Part shown: piece by piece, positions 18,281-31,260 of the stretch
Layout: the number at the start of each line of letters is the position of its first letter
How positions within the stretch are numbered: the stretch's first letter is position 1
Source: Trichoplax sp. H2
Lineage: Eukaryota
Length of the DNA stretch: 64,000 nt
NCBI GenBank assembly: GCA_003344405.1
Contig: NOWV01000022.1
Span: 248,001 to 312,000, forward strand
Direction: 5' to 3'
Made by a program: the position numbers and the translations under genes
The notes under the pieces: generated by a model
Database searches by the model: none
Seen by the model: the letters and a program-made list of their open reading frames with translations, nothing else
Told to the model about the DNA's origin: nothing

Positions 18281-21200
18281 ATGTTTGGCTCACAATCACG
18301 TTCAACGAAAACCGATGTTGTCGATAAGGCTAGAGCCGCTAGAGCCGAAAGAGCTTTGGCCAAAAATCATTCAACTATTGTAACACAAATTCAGGTAAAT
18401 TAACCTATTATTGGATAGTAAGTTGATAAATAATTTCAAGCCATGTCTAGTCATGGTTTAACTACACCTGAAAAACTACCGGCATGATCGTGTAAATTAG
18501 TATTTTGACAATTTAGTCGTCTACTTCTATCATGTATTCATACAATATACGGTATACTGTAGATGATGTCATTGGATTAGTGGTAAACAAGTGAATTTCA
18601 AGCGTTACTGTCAATCTGGCCATATCGATCGCCATGACTGATATCATCACATAAAATTGCTGCTTATTAAACAATTCATTCATCGATGCACCTAAAAATA
18701 CTGATCTGATTGCATAAAGTAGCATTCAGATAATTCAATCGTCTGTTTTTATCATGTATTCATACGGTATACGCGTAGATGATATCATTTGATTAGTGGT
18801 AAACAAGTAAATTTCAATCTCAGGCTATACCAAACGCTATGACTGATATCATCACATAAAATTACTGCTTAGACAATTCCTTCATCTACACACTCATATC
18901 CTGTATTGTCACGGTATTTAATTATTTAAACTGAAAACAGTTCTTAGTCACCATTCTAGACAAATAGACCATTTCAAGCGAACGACATTTTAGAAAATTT
19001 TATTTACAGCATATGTGAGGCAGTACTTCACTGTTGGCGAAATTGATTCTACCAATAATTATCAAATACTAGTAAATTGCATTATTATTACACCTTCTGA
19101 TTTTAGTACCAACAGTAAATATCTTAACTATATCACAGGATGATCTCAATACTGCAGTATTTCATTACAGTAGTGGGGAGATTAATCCTACCTATAATTA
19201 TCTTACATTACATTATTTTTTTGTATGTTTTCGTTACAGATTGTAAACAATTTAGTTACATCACCGAATGATGTCAATACTCACAGTGTTTACCGCAAGG
19301 TTGTATTCTGATAAAAAAAACGTCACAACTAGATTGTAACTTTCGTTTTCTACCATATTAGAGTCTTTGTCGTCGATATATCTATGTGACGAATCTACGC
19401 AAAGAAGTCAGGTAAGGTCATATCACAAAATTCTTTCAAAAATGGCAATTCTAGCTAGTTGGTATTAAAGTTGATATTATTAATTTTGGTAATTTGATGC
19501 CAATCATTACTACATGATAGGCTAGAAAATAATCTGTGCTACTGTATGCTTATCTATACGTATGGAAAGTATTTGTATGGGCTATCCACACTGGCAGTAA
19601 CATACTGTAAGCATGCGTTCGTATAGAAAATACATTACCAGTTTACTTGATAGCTGTTGAGTTCTTGTATGTTACCTATCATAAATTGGTTTCAATCTAT
19701 CCTTGGCAATTCTTTAGTGGCACATTTATTTTACATGTGATTAGAGTTTCATCTAGATTATTCGCAAAATTGGGTATCTGTAGTAAAGAACTTAATTCAT
19801 TAATTAAAAATTTTATACGTTACGTATGTACCTATGCGCGTGATTTATACAAATTTAAGTGGAGATTATAGGTTTCGCCAGTAAATTAGTTTATGGCTCT
19901 CTTGCTGTTTGAAGGGTCACAGGAAACTGCATTTAACAGTTATATCGTATGAATGTTATCATACTGCATAGTCAGTATTCTTGTCAGTACTAAAGTACAG
20001 TACCACTATTAACTGCACTCATAATTTGCTAAAATCACCGGCTATACTTATAGAAATGCGTAATTTGTTATGTATAGATCCTCAATTGATGAATTTATTC
20101 AGAAAGAGACACAACCAACAGGTATAAATATAAATAGATTTAAATGAATTAATAGCAAAACATCATTGTCGCTATGCTAAATATACAGTATGCAGATAAA
20201 GTTATGGTAGTTTTAGTCATTTATTTGTATAAATCTGTATCAACTACAGTTTATAAAATGTATCGACATTTGCTTAATGTAGTTTACAGTGTTAGAACGC
20301 TAACAATATTTTGTGAAATTCATGAATTAGCTATAGAAATTTTTAATAAAATGCGATGGCTGCTGTTCATTTTTCAAGATGATGTCGATAGTAAGGTATG
20401 GCTTAGCGTTAATATTAAATTAGATCAACTCAAGATTAAAAACTAATGCACTATCAAATATCATAGTGTCATAATTATAATACAATGATAGTAAATATTA
20501 AAAAATATTTTATTCTAATGCGGTGTCATAATTTGTAAATACATGTAAGAAAATGGAATTGCGCAATATTATCATCGCCTTTGTCTCTTATGAAAGTTCC
20601 CTTAACTAGTTATTAAATTGATAGCATCTGACTTCTTACTGCTATAGAGATTGGAAATGTTGTGTCACCGAATTCTATCCAATATGACAGTAAGCGATTC
20701 TCCAAAATTATGGTACGTCACCTTAGCAATATCTAATCAGTACCTACCGTTGTGGCTTTATCAAGCTAAGAAGTTACTTCAAGTATGTAGTGAGCAACTA
20801 GCTAATATGAAGGTAAGTCGCAGATACTTTGATTCACTAGTCGTGGCTTGCGATATTTGCACAATGTACTCATAAGTATTAAATTATTTATAAATTTACT
20901 TACATTCACAAAACAGATAAATAAAAAGAATGAATTAGAGGCTATGCAGTTATACCTCACTGTGGTAAGGTTATCCATATTTAGGCTATTAGACTTCTAA
21001 ATTAGAATTTAAAAACTACAATCTCTTTGGTCACTAATCTTTGTATTTCCATGGTCTATTTAATCTTTTTCTAAGCTTGTCACATTCAGTAGTACTAAGA
21101 GCTGGAAGTTGATGAGCTCAAAGGGTTAGTTTATTGAAATATTCTGTAATGGATTTATCATTTATTAGATAACTATAAAATAAAACTAAATATGAAAATT

Positions 21201-24200
21201 TTTAGTCCAAAATTCTTTGGCTTACGTAGAAGTTTCGTCGAAATTACTAAAATTATAATATGATGCAAACTTGTTTTTAGCTTTAGCAAATAAGAATTTT
21301 CGTCCAATTCTCGATCAGATATGTAAGCAAGTCCTGCTTCACCTCGTTAACAATAATTTCTTTGCAAACATGAAGGTATAGGATATACATCATCAACAAT
21401 AATAATTACTATACTAATCTAACTTTATTGTACATTTCAATAAAATAATATTTATGTAACTTTAATCTCGACTTGGCGTAATGTGTTAGAACTTCTTGTG
21501 GAATTGTACAAGGAGTGGAGAATTAAAGCTATCGAAAGTCACTCTCTCGGGTGTTATAGTTCTAATACAAAGGTTACAATTACTTTTAATATTTTTCCTG
21601 GCTGATATAAGCGAAAAAGAACTTTTAAACCTGTAATTATTCATCACTATTAGTTTTAACTTTTTAATTTTCTATTTTAGAACTTTTAGTGCAAGCTCAA
21701 ATAACTTAAAATTACTTAAGCAGTTTATAGAATCAATTATGGCTTTTCCTGCATTATTATATCATGTTAAGAAGTTATCCCCCGAGGCAAGCTTAGTTTG
21801 AAATAACTAAAAGTTATCACAGTATGATAAAATGGATTTGTTTAAATTATCACTGTTGCCTAATCGACGATTTCCTCTTTGTGTAAAGTCCTTAGCTGAA
21901 TTCCGTCAAAGTCACGTTTTGGAAGTTGTGCTGGAAACCTATGCAGACGGAAGTAATCTATCTAATTTAACCACAAAACTTGGCGGATACTATACCTTTT
22001 CTTTATTAGGTAATATTTAACTTAATTAATAATAACGACACCGGCCATTTGCTGTTATTATGCAAATGGCCGGTATCAATGTTATTTTAGCAATTAGCTT
22101 AATTCATGCTAAACATAAATCATCCTATTTAAGTTGGTAACTACTAAAAATCGATTATGATAACCTCTTTTTATTTTGGCACTTTTATAGGCAACCTGAT
22201 ACAACTGTCTCATTATGCTGATAAAGTCAGTAATTTAGAAAATAACGTTCGCAGAAATAAAGTCGGCTCTAATTTTCTTTTGATTAGTATAACATTACTC
22301 CTGTGAACTCATTCTAACTTATATCTTTTACGAAATAGCCTTGGATTAATAAACTATCTATTTTCAAGGTAAGAATATAAAACAAATTAATGCCTACACC
22401 AGTCTGCCTACTCTATACTTTAGTCAAGATAGTAGTTATCAGTGATAGTTTATCGTCCGTGAGAATATTCTTAAATACTCAATTATAATCTTTAACACAT
22501 TAGAGCATCATTATGTACCTGCTGAATTATTGTCATGACCAAAACTCGGTTAAAAATTCAAATGCTACTGTTCATCATCCCCTTTTTGGTTGGTGTTCGG
22601 AGGCTTTAGCAACAGAGTAAGGTTACAAGTTACTGGTGGTAATGGATTCAGTTATTTCAGTACACTTCAATAGAAATAAATGTGTCTTTGTATTACTGAG
22701 ACCCTCAAATACCTTAGATTGTAAAATATCTGCTAGTATTTATAACTTCAATCTTCCATTGCTTAGTTTGCAGGATTCAGTCCCATTAATTGGCAAGCAA
22801 TTTCAGTACCTCTGGATGCCTAGTGCTGTTCAATTATTTTTTACAGACATTTTCGAAAAAAGTGATGAAACACCTAATGAAGCAGCTGCATCGGTAAAGA
22901 CCGGAGACAGCGTTAAGAAAAAGAAAGGTATAAAGAATAAGTTCACTAAACTTTTAACCATGTCCTCTAAGAGCCAACATTCTTCCTCGTGATACAACAA
23001 ATATCTATTATAACGTATACACAATACTTTGTATAGGACTTTTTGGAAGAGTTTTCAGTAAAAGCCAAATTAAGGGGTTCATGCTTTCATCCACAAAAGT
23101 GAAGACTAATAGTGACTTGATAAAGCGAATTTGTAGTACCTGTGCAATGTATAATACTGCTATAAGTACACTGCCAGAAATGCGCACGGACGTTCTAACT
23201 GGTAATTAGCGTTCATTACGATTGCTATCATAGGAATGTGCTATTGTGAAATTATTAAGGTTAGAAATTAAACCTAATTCGGTTTAAAATGCTGCAGGTA
23301 TTAGCTACTATTATGGATTGTTAGAGCCACTATGGAAGTTTATTCATACGTTATACATGGAAGAAGGACCCAAAATTTTTCATGAGAATAGCCCAAACTT
23401 AAGCGATACGATATCGCTAACGACTCTGTTCTGTAATTGCTGTTGTCATTTGATAACGTAGGTTGAAATCGGTTATGCATTTAACTTTAGTATAGAAATG
23501 ATGAAATCAGCTAAATGTAACATAGAAACTTTTGATTAATATTAGTATTGTTGATGATATTGAACTGTATCAAGAAAATAAACCATTTACCCTTGATGAA
23601 TTAATAAAAATGGTGACATTACTAAATCATATGGTTTTTTATGCTATATGGAAGCTTGATGGTACGTATAATTTTCCAAATGACGGCATAGTTAAAATTA
23701 TAACACTCTATCATAGTAATCTTACCAACTTATATAATAACGATATAATTTAACAACTTTTGTTAAAATTTTTTATTAAAGTCTTCAGCTCGTCCAAGAC
23801 TACAGGAGCTAAGTATCCGTATGAATACAGGCAAATGATTAATGCTGGTCATATGCTGTTAATGGTATTATATGATAGGGACTGTCGCCGATCTTTCACT
23901 CCTGAGAATCACTGGATCATCAAGTACAGTATACAATTCTATATTCGTTACATAAGCGTAGATATCTTGTCTTATTAAATAAATGCTAATATGAGTAAAC
24001 GTTTTGCAGGGAATTAAATTTTAATGAATTTATTTCCGCTCTCAACGAAGGCACTAATCGTTCTCATGTATTGTTACGCAAAATTGCTCACGTAATTCCA
24101 CGCGAAAAGGTTTTCTTACAAGGCTGAGAAATATAATTTTTCAGAATATTTAGTTGCAATTGTTTATAAAATTTCTTTTCATTACTATGACATTATTTTA

Positions 24201-26458
24201 TTCTACTAGCGAGTTGATTTATTTCGAAAACTTGTTGCGGACGACAAGAAATCACTTGGGATTTTCGCTGATACTTTAGCTATTAGACCAAATTACACAT
24301 ATATTAATATCAATCGTAGTAGACTTCTCGAGGTATGTTGCGCTAGATATCAATTGGACTCTTAGCTCATCCATTGAAATAGCGTTATTTCCTTCAATTA
24401 GGATGGATACGAACAATTGACACAGCTACCTCCAGAAGCAATTAAACGTACAATTAAAGTACAGTTTGTTAATGAACAGGTAATCTAATTATAAAACGAT
24501 ATTAAATACTTAGCCATGGATATCTGATGGTGAAATTGCTGTTAGGGTTTAACTGAAGCTGGAATTGACGAATCGGGGGTTTTTAAAGAATTTTTAGAAG
24601 AAACTATTAAAAAAGCGTTTGATCCAGCATTAAATTTGTTTAAGGTCACTTATCAGTTCACGAATGTTAACTAGAAATATTTCTAGAATTAGTAGTTTTT
24701 GATCATGTCGGCTTCTTATAATCATTTAGGTTACTTGTGGAGACGAACCACGACTATATCCATCTCCTACCTCTTATATTCATGGTAATCACCTACCGTT
24801 ATTTGAATTTGTTGGACGTATGTTAGGGAAAGCGGTGTATGAGGTATCTGTCATCCACTTTAAAACTTGTTGCTAATAGTATGGTCATATAACGATGTAC
24901 TCGTACATGTTAATTATTTTCAGATCCATATTTACCTATGCTGACTTAGTTGCTTCTGATTTGTATAACCTGATATTATAATATCAATTAGGGCCTAGTA
25001 GTAGAAGTTCCTTTGGCTTTGTTCTTCTTAAATAATGTATTAGGAGGGCAGCATAGCATTTTGTATAGCTGTATCGATGAGCTGCCCTCTCTCGATCCTG
25101 AATTATACAAGAATTTAAACTATGTTAAAGTAAGGGAGACTTTGAGCTAATAACGGTCGGTATAGTAGCAATCTGATTAACGTTGTACTTGACTAGAATT
25201 ATGAAGACGATGTTGAAGATTTAGCCTTGACATTTTCATTTGACGAAGACGTGTTAGGAAAGGTAATGGGAAATTAACTAATCATGTTGATCGACGCTTA
25301 CAATTATGACTGATCGCGAGTTTATAATATACATACTCTTTATTTGTCTATCGTTGATTGATTCATATAATAGATTATTACGCACGATCTAAAATACGGT
25401 GGAAGTACCATTCCTGTTACGAATGAGAATAAGTAATTTGAATGAAATAATATTGAAATTATTTACTTTTAGGCTTCGGCATTAATAAATAAAACAGATA
25501 TTGATGGTGCTACTTTTTTCGCTATTTCGGCATATTCCTGCAGATTAAGTTATATTCATTTGATGGCTCATTTTCGACTACGCAAGCAATTAAAGAAGCA
25601 AACGGCAGCTTTTATTAGGGGTTTTCATTCAGTTATTAAACCAGAATGGCTTCAGGTTTTTTCCGGTCCGGAACTGCAGCTGTTAATTGCTGGAGAAAAT
25701 ACAACCATTAGCATTTTAGATCTTAAGTATGCAATAATTAGAAAATTAGTTTCAGAGATTTAGATTGATTTTGACTATCTTCGAACTAAAATATACATTA
25801 TTAATAAGAAAATACACAAAATACCTTGGAGGATATCACAGTAAACATCGCGTTATTCAGTGGCTATGGGATATATTAAAAAATGATTTTGGAGAAGAGG
25901 ATCGATGTAAATTTCTCAAAGTAAGACAACTATTAAAGAATTTAATGCAATGATTTGCTAAAGTAAGAAATATTGATATATATGTATTTGTTATAATAAA
26001 TAAATTGTAATTACTTTTGCACAGTTTGTTACTAGTTGTTCCAAGCCACCCTTGCAAGGTTTTTCGAATCTACAACCACCTTTTACTATACGATACGTAG
26101 AGGCTGAAAATGAGGAAGTAAGGTTTACTCATAGATGTATATCTTGTAATAATAACATAAAAGTGTAAAGTTCTTAAAGCCCGATTCTGATAAACTATAA
26201 TTGTATTGTTGACTCTGATAACGATGAAATAACAGTGCTCATTATCTAATAAATTCGATTCAGGACCGAGAGTCTATTAGCCGAGTCTTATTTAGAGCGT
26301 TAAGCATTCCTAACAGAAAAAGTCAATCGACATCAAGATTACCGACGTCTTCAACATGTTTTAATCTATTAAAATTACCTAATTATCACTCTAAGCACGT
26401 ATTAAGAGAGAAATTACGTTATGCTATTCAATCAAATTCTGGCTTCGAGCTATCATAA
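18281..26458 (+). CDS. UBE3B: HECT E3 ubiquitin ligase UBE3B-like, ~1073 aa, 31 coding exons
   Basis: Exons 18281-18394, 19362-19411, 20078-20121, 20331-20395, 20648-20812, 20917-20964, 21076-21124, 21281-21375, 21490-21572, 21681-21786, 21889-22009, 22191-22225, 22339-22368, 22504-22616, 22767-22927, 23037-23201, 23298-23457, 23546-23661, 23782-23923, 24010-24109, 24210-24332, 24402-24479, 24546-24644, 24730-24843, 24992-25129, 25197-25262, 25374-25432, 25544-25726, 25809-25920, 26025-26117, 26264-26458 (3222 nt). N-terminal [10 protein letters not shown]...IQ motif; [17 protein letters not shown] motifs [57 protein letters not shown] (catalytic Cys); C-terminus GFELS. Confidence 0.93.
18528..18892. 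repeat. Diverged direct duplication in UBE3B intron 1
   Basis: TATCATGTATTCATAC...GATTAGTGGTAAACAAGT...ATGACTGATATCATCACATAAAATT at ~18528-18691 and ~18750-18892. Confidence 0.85.
22031..22086. repeat. Intronic inverted repeat (hairpin)
   Basis: ACCGGCCATTTGC (22040-22052) and GCAAATGGCCGGT (22062-22074) form a perfect 13 bp stem with a 9 nt loop, extendable via AATAAC/GTTATT. Confidence 0.85.
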
Positions 26459-29400
26459 TTGTATGTAAAATAATTTAAAATATTGTACTAAGATTGGTAC
26501 AATAGACTGATGTATTTAACAAAGGATACCTGAAATATTGAATTTAAAAATTTTATCACTAATTTCACTAGCTGTATTTGCCGCAAAACGATCTTACTTC
26601 ACAGCTAGGTAGTTATTAAGTAAATAATTTTAAGAAAATTTAATATTTGATTTCATTTTTAATATGAGATTAAAATATGTTCGATCGTATCAGGATTAAT
26701 CATATTTATTATTATAGCACACTTTATGTATGTAAATACTTATTTGCGTGCTTTTCCTTGATTCGTAAATACTTTAAATCAATAAACCAATTTTATAAGT
26801 ATGCTGCAAATTGCAGTACTGTTCTGTTAAGTGTGTAATATGAATACATCCAGTTAATTATAATCACTATAAATGAAAAATTTTTGATAGCTGCAATTCC
26901 TGCATCCTGATGCAGTTAGGCAAATTGTTCATGAATGGAGTAAATAGAAGGCCTGGTAAAATAAAATTTACTAGTTATATGTATATGTTAGTAGCAACAG
27001 AACTATCAAGTTAGCATTCTATTTGTTCTCATCAGGAATCCTTTCGAGAAATTTAGTCCATAACTGACTATCACTAAATTGTTAATTGTTTTGCTTTACC
27101 AGCTGAATAACGATCATCTGTTGTAACTTAGTAACGCATGAAATTTTATGGTTTGTAACAGCTGCAGATATTGTATGAGTATTTGACGGCAGGACTTACC
27201 TTGAGATGATTCGTTAATAACATCTTAGAGAAAGATTTCATTGATTATAATTATATTATATAAATGGTCGATGATATAATAGCATTAATTACACGTTGTA
27301 AAATAAGTCATTTTATTTATCCATATAAATAAAACGCAGATAGAACGTAAAAGCTAGTTAACATTGTAATAAGTGTCAACTTAGTTTTACGCGTACATAT
27401 AGCACATAGGACTAATTCTCTTTTAAGAGAAATCAAAGCTATTCCTGCTATATCGTTACTTATCAATTTGCTATCCTTGTGCAAATACTGGCTTGATAAT
27501 GACAAGAAGTTGTTTTCGATTTTGCAATATTCTCCAAATGATAAATTATAGAACAGATCTAAAGAAATACATTGCAAGATTCGCTGTTATGTCTTTGTCA
27601 TTATGAAATACCTAAGCTGATTTAATAGTAATTAAAATCATTGGTAAAGATATTTTATTCATTAACCTAATTTGAAGTTTTCTTATCTCTTACTATACTA
27701 TCAATTATACATAGGCTTACAAATTTTTAATTAACCGATTAACCTGAATTACTTTATCATTGTATATGATTCTAGTTTTTGATTTACTGCAACCATATAA
27801 TTCAAAATGTCGCATGTAATAATTTAACGTAGAGATTATTCGTACTAAAGAATGTAGCAGCGATTACGTAATATTCTTAACTACAAATGCAGATAATAGG
27901 AGAGTTAAATAATGGTACAGTTGAAGCCATTTCTTTTATTTTGATTTTTAGCACTTAATTATAAATTACAACATACCCAGAAATTAGAATAAGAAGAGTG
28001 ACGAAGAATCGGTAATTACAAATAAAGTCATCAGATAATTAAATTTTAGATAGACTATAGAAATTTCTGTTGAATCGGGGAGTAGTTCACCGGTAGTAAT
28101 TAATTTCATACAATAATTTATTCCTTATTGCTCAAAAATTTACATTAAACTTTAGGATAGTCGACGAATGGTCACAAGTAGAGCGAATTAAATTAGAATT
28201 TAAGGGTTAAGATTTTAATATTATTCATATAACTTCATGCTATTGGAATTTTATAATATACCTTAAAATTATAATTATTATAAGAAGAACTTTGCTATAA
28301 TTTATCTCGTCGTCTACATTTTGCTCTTTCGCTATCTTCTATGAGAAAATCAGAAATGAGGAGGAAAGGGAAATAATAAATAGGACATAAATCTTTTCCT
28401 ATGCCTTAACTTACTACAGTACATCATCTTGTGCTCTTTAATTAGCCTAATACCGTAATATGATATCGATTGATAGAACTAGGAAGGTCATAATTATTTA
28501 ATTCTAGCGCAAAGTCAAGGCAAAAATTTATATTTTTAACTTCAAATCTGAGCAACACTGATTCAAGAAAGTAAAAAGAGAACAATTAAAAAATATAGAT
28601 GTTATTTATGACCACTGTAATTTGATTATAAAATCTCCATTGCTATTTAGTGAGGATCATAAAATGCTATATAGAAATAACATATGCTATTACATAATAT
28701 TTCTAGTAAATCAAAATTATGGTAACTATTTAATAAAGTTAATGTAATCATTGATAAACTCATAAATATTCAGTCTATATGATTGAATTTTGCGGGAGTG
28801 ATGTTAGTATCCATATAAAAGATGTTAATCAGCTTATGTTTTGCAGTTATAAAGTATAGTCGCACAACGGTATGTTAATTGTTATTACCGGTTTATTTCT
28901 TCAGCGAGCTTAGTTAGTTGCTATAATTTAAATTAGTCGGAAACAATTCTATAATATCTTCGGTTTTACGAGTTATTACAAGATCAAGCTATTTTTCAAG
29001 GTAGAAATTCCCTTATTAGCAGCTATGAAGATGGTTCAACAGTTTGTACTATTCTATCCGCTAGAAATATATTGGACGTGGTAAGCCTATGCCTTAAAAT
29101 AATACGAGTGTATGTGATAGTTTTTAATCGTAGCTATAATACTATTAATATTCAATACTAACATATAACACTAACAAAATGAGTAGATTACGATAATGAT
29201 GAATACATCAATCATTAGAAAGTTTCTATTTCATTTATATGCGTTTTAGTATTGCTACTAATAATCTGATATCACTAAGTAAGAAGGCCATTCGATGATT
29301 TATACAAAATGCTAATAATAGATCGAGTACCGTATAGGGACCTGTTAAGAACATCTAAAAAAGCATGAATCAATTATTCAGAGTCTGTTTAGATTGCCCT

Positions 29401-31225
29401 GAGTGAAAAGATATTTCTAGATAATGCGACGCTAACAAACCAAAAGAAAACGCAAAATCTGTAACATGCTTCCGTCATTAACATTTCATCGTTCGATAAT
29501 GGTTATACTTAAATACTATCATGGTATGTAATCACTCAGACCTGATGCAAAACTTATTACATCTTCATTATCTTACTATATATAGGCTGATGTATATGGT
29601 TCTAATTAAATCCGGTACTATAGCGATGGCATGATCTATATGAAATTTATAGAAATAGATAATTCTTAACCTGTAGGCCGTAGATATTTCGCGTAGACTC
29701 GCTTGTATTCAACGATCAATAACCGTAAATTTTACCCTGTAAATACTACGGCACCGACCTCTATATGGCATGTTAAAGATTCGTATCGGACATAGTGCTA
29801 TGTCAACTTCATGATGTAATTACTGACTATGATTTCTTCTATTATAATTATCCAAATAGGAATCGAATCTGTTATAGATGGGTCGAAGTCATTACAAACA
29901 TACAAGTATTTCTATAGTACTACGAGCTGTAAGTAAAGTATTAATAGCTCTCATGATCCGTGTAAATCACTATCAGTTATTCGAACTAGCTTTTTCTCCT
30001 CTTTCTCCAATCTATACAGCCACACACTCTAGTCTTACCGTACTGCAACATTCTATAAATAATTCTGTATTGTATTGCGTAAGCAACTGCGAATGTGAAG
30101 AATTAATAAAATGCCCAATCTTCGATATCTAAATCTCTCAACTGAACTGCGCCTATTAATCGTATATTAACTAACCTTATAATAAATCTAGTAATGGAAT
30201 CACATATACAGTATTATAGATATTAGCGTTGCGGTTGAAGATGTGATTCGAGCTATTACTAGAATTATCTTAACATTAGTCTAATCGCATATATTAGGAT
30301 TAGCTTGATACGGTATGCAGCGTGTTTGTATAGGCTATTGAAACAGTAAAAAATAAATTAAATTTAGCTTCCATCATCGATCGGTACATTTGACACTTCC
30401 CCTTAATGTTCAATTAATTATTAAACTCTTGATCATCTGAAGTTGTGACGATAAAATAAATGTTTAATAACAATTGAATTATAATTCAAAGAATATATTG
30501 ATAAATTAATTACCTGTTGTCACCATCATCACTATGCCAGCTATCCTGATAAATTAGTTTACTTTACAATCTTTTGTTATAGTAATCAGAATAGAAATTG
30601 TTAAGGATAAATTTTTTAAGATCACATTGGAATAAATTAATAATAATATCAATCAATGATCTTCATCTTATTCGATATGTCACTCTATAACGTAATAGCA
30701 ACAATTTGGAGGGATTTTATTACGACATCGTAACTGAAACAGAAGGGAAAACCATTAATTATCTTAGGAATGACAATGAAGTAAATTACAATAACATTGA
30801 TTAAATATAGGAAATAAAGAATGGAACTTCTCTATTAAATGGGAGTAAGACATAGTTCTATAAAAGTAGGTGTCATCGTGATGTAGTAGAATCATTAATT
30901 TATCATTTCTTAATTATTTCTAAGTTAGAGTCAATTAAAAGACGCGAATCCAATGATGATAATTAGGTTAATTATCGTGGCAGAAACATCCCTTGTTTAA
31001 TGTATGACGAATGATTTGATTGAAATTCTATTACCAATTTTAGAACAAAAAAGTAATTATCAAATTGAAGCAAGTTTTATAAGTGAAATAGATAATTTAA
31101 CGCTATTAAATAGAATAATCGTTCTAGCTAACGAAATATTAGTCTTTTTTAGTAATCATTAATAAGACGAAAAAACGTTATGTACATGAAATTGAATAGG
31201 AGCGAAGATTAAATTGATTAAATCT

Positions 31226-31260
31226 TGATTGATTGATTGATTGATTGATTGACTGATTGA
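31226..31260. repeat. (TGAT)n microsatellite
   Basis: About 9 TGAT units with one TGAC variant. Confidence 0.9.

Noticed and set aside
27195..27203. ACTTACCT as a U1 snRNA 5' end
   Set aside because: The following sequence does not resemble U1; at most an isolated minus-strand donor-like word.
31226..31260. TGATTGAT runs as Pbx/Hox binding arrays
   Set aside because: Indistinguishable from an ordinary tetranucleotide microsatellite.
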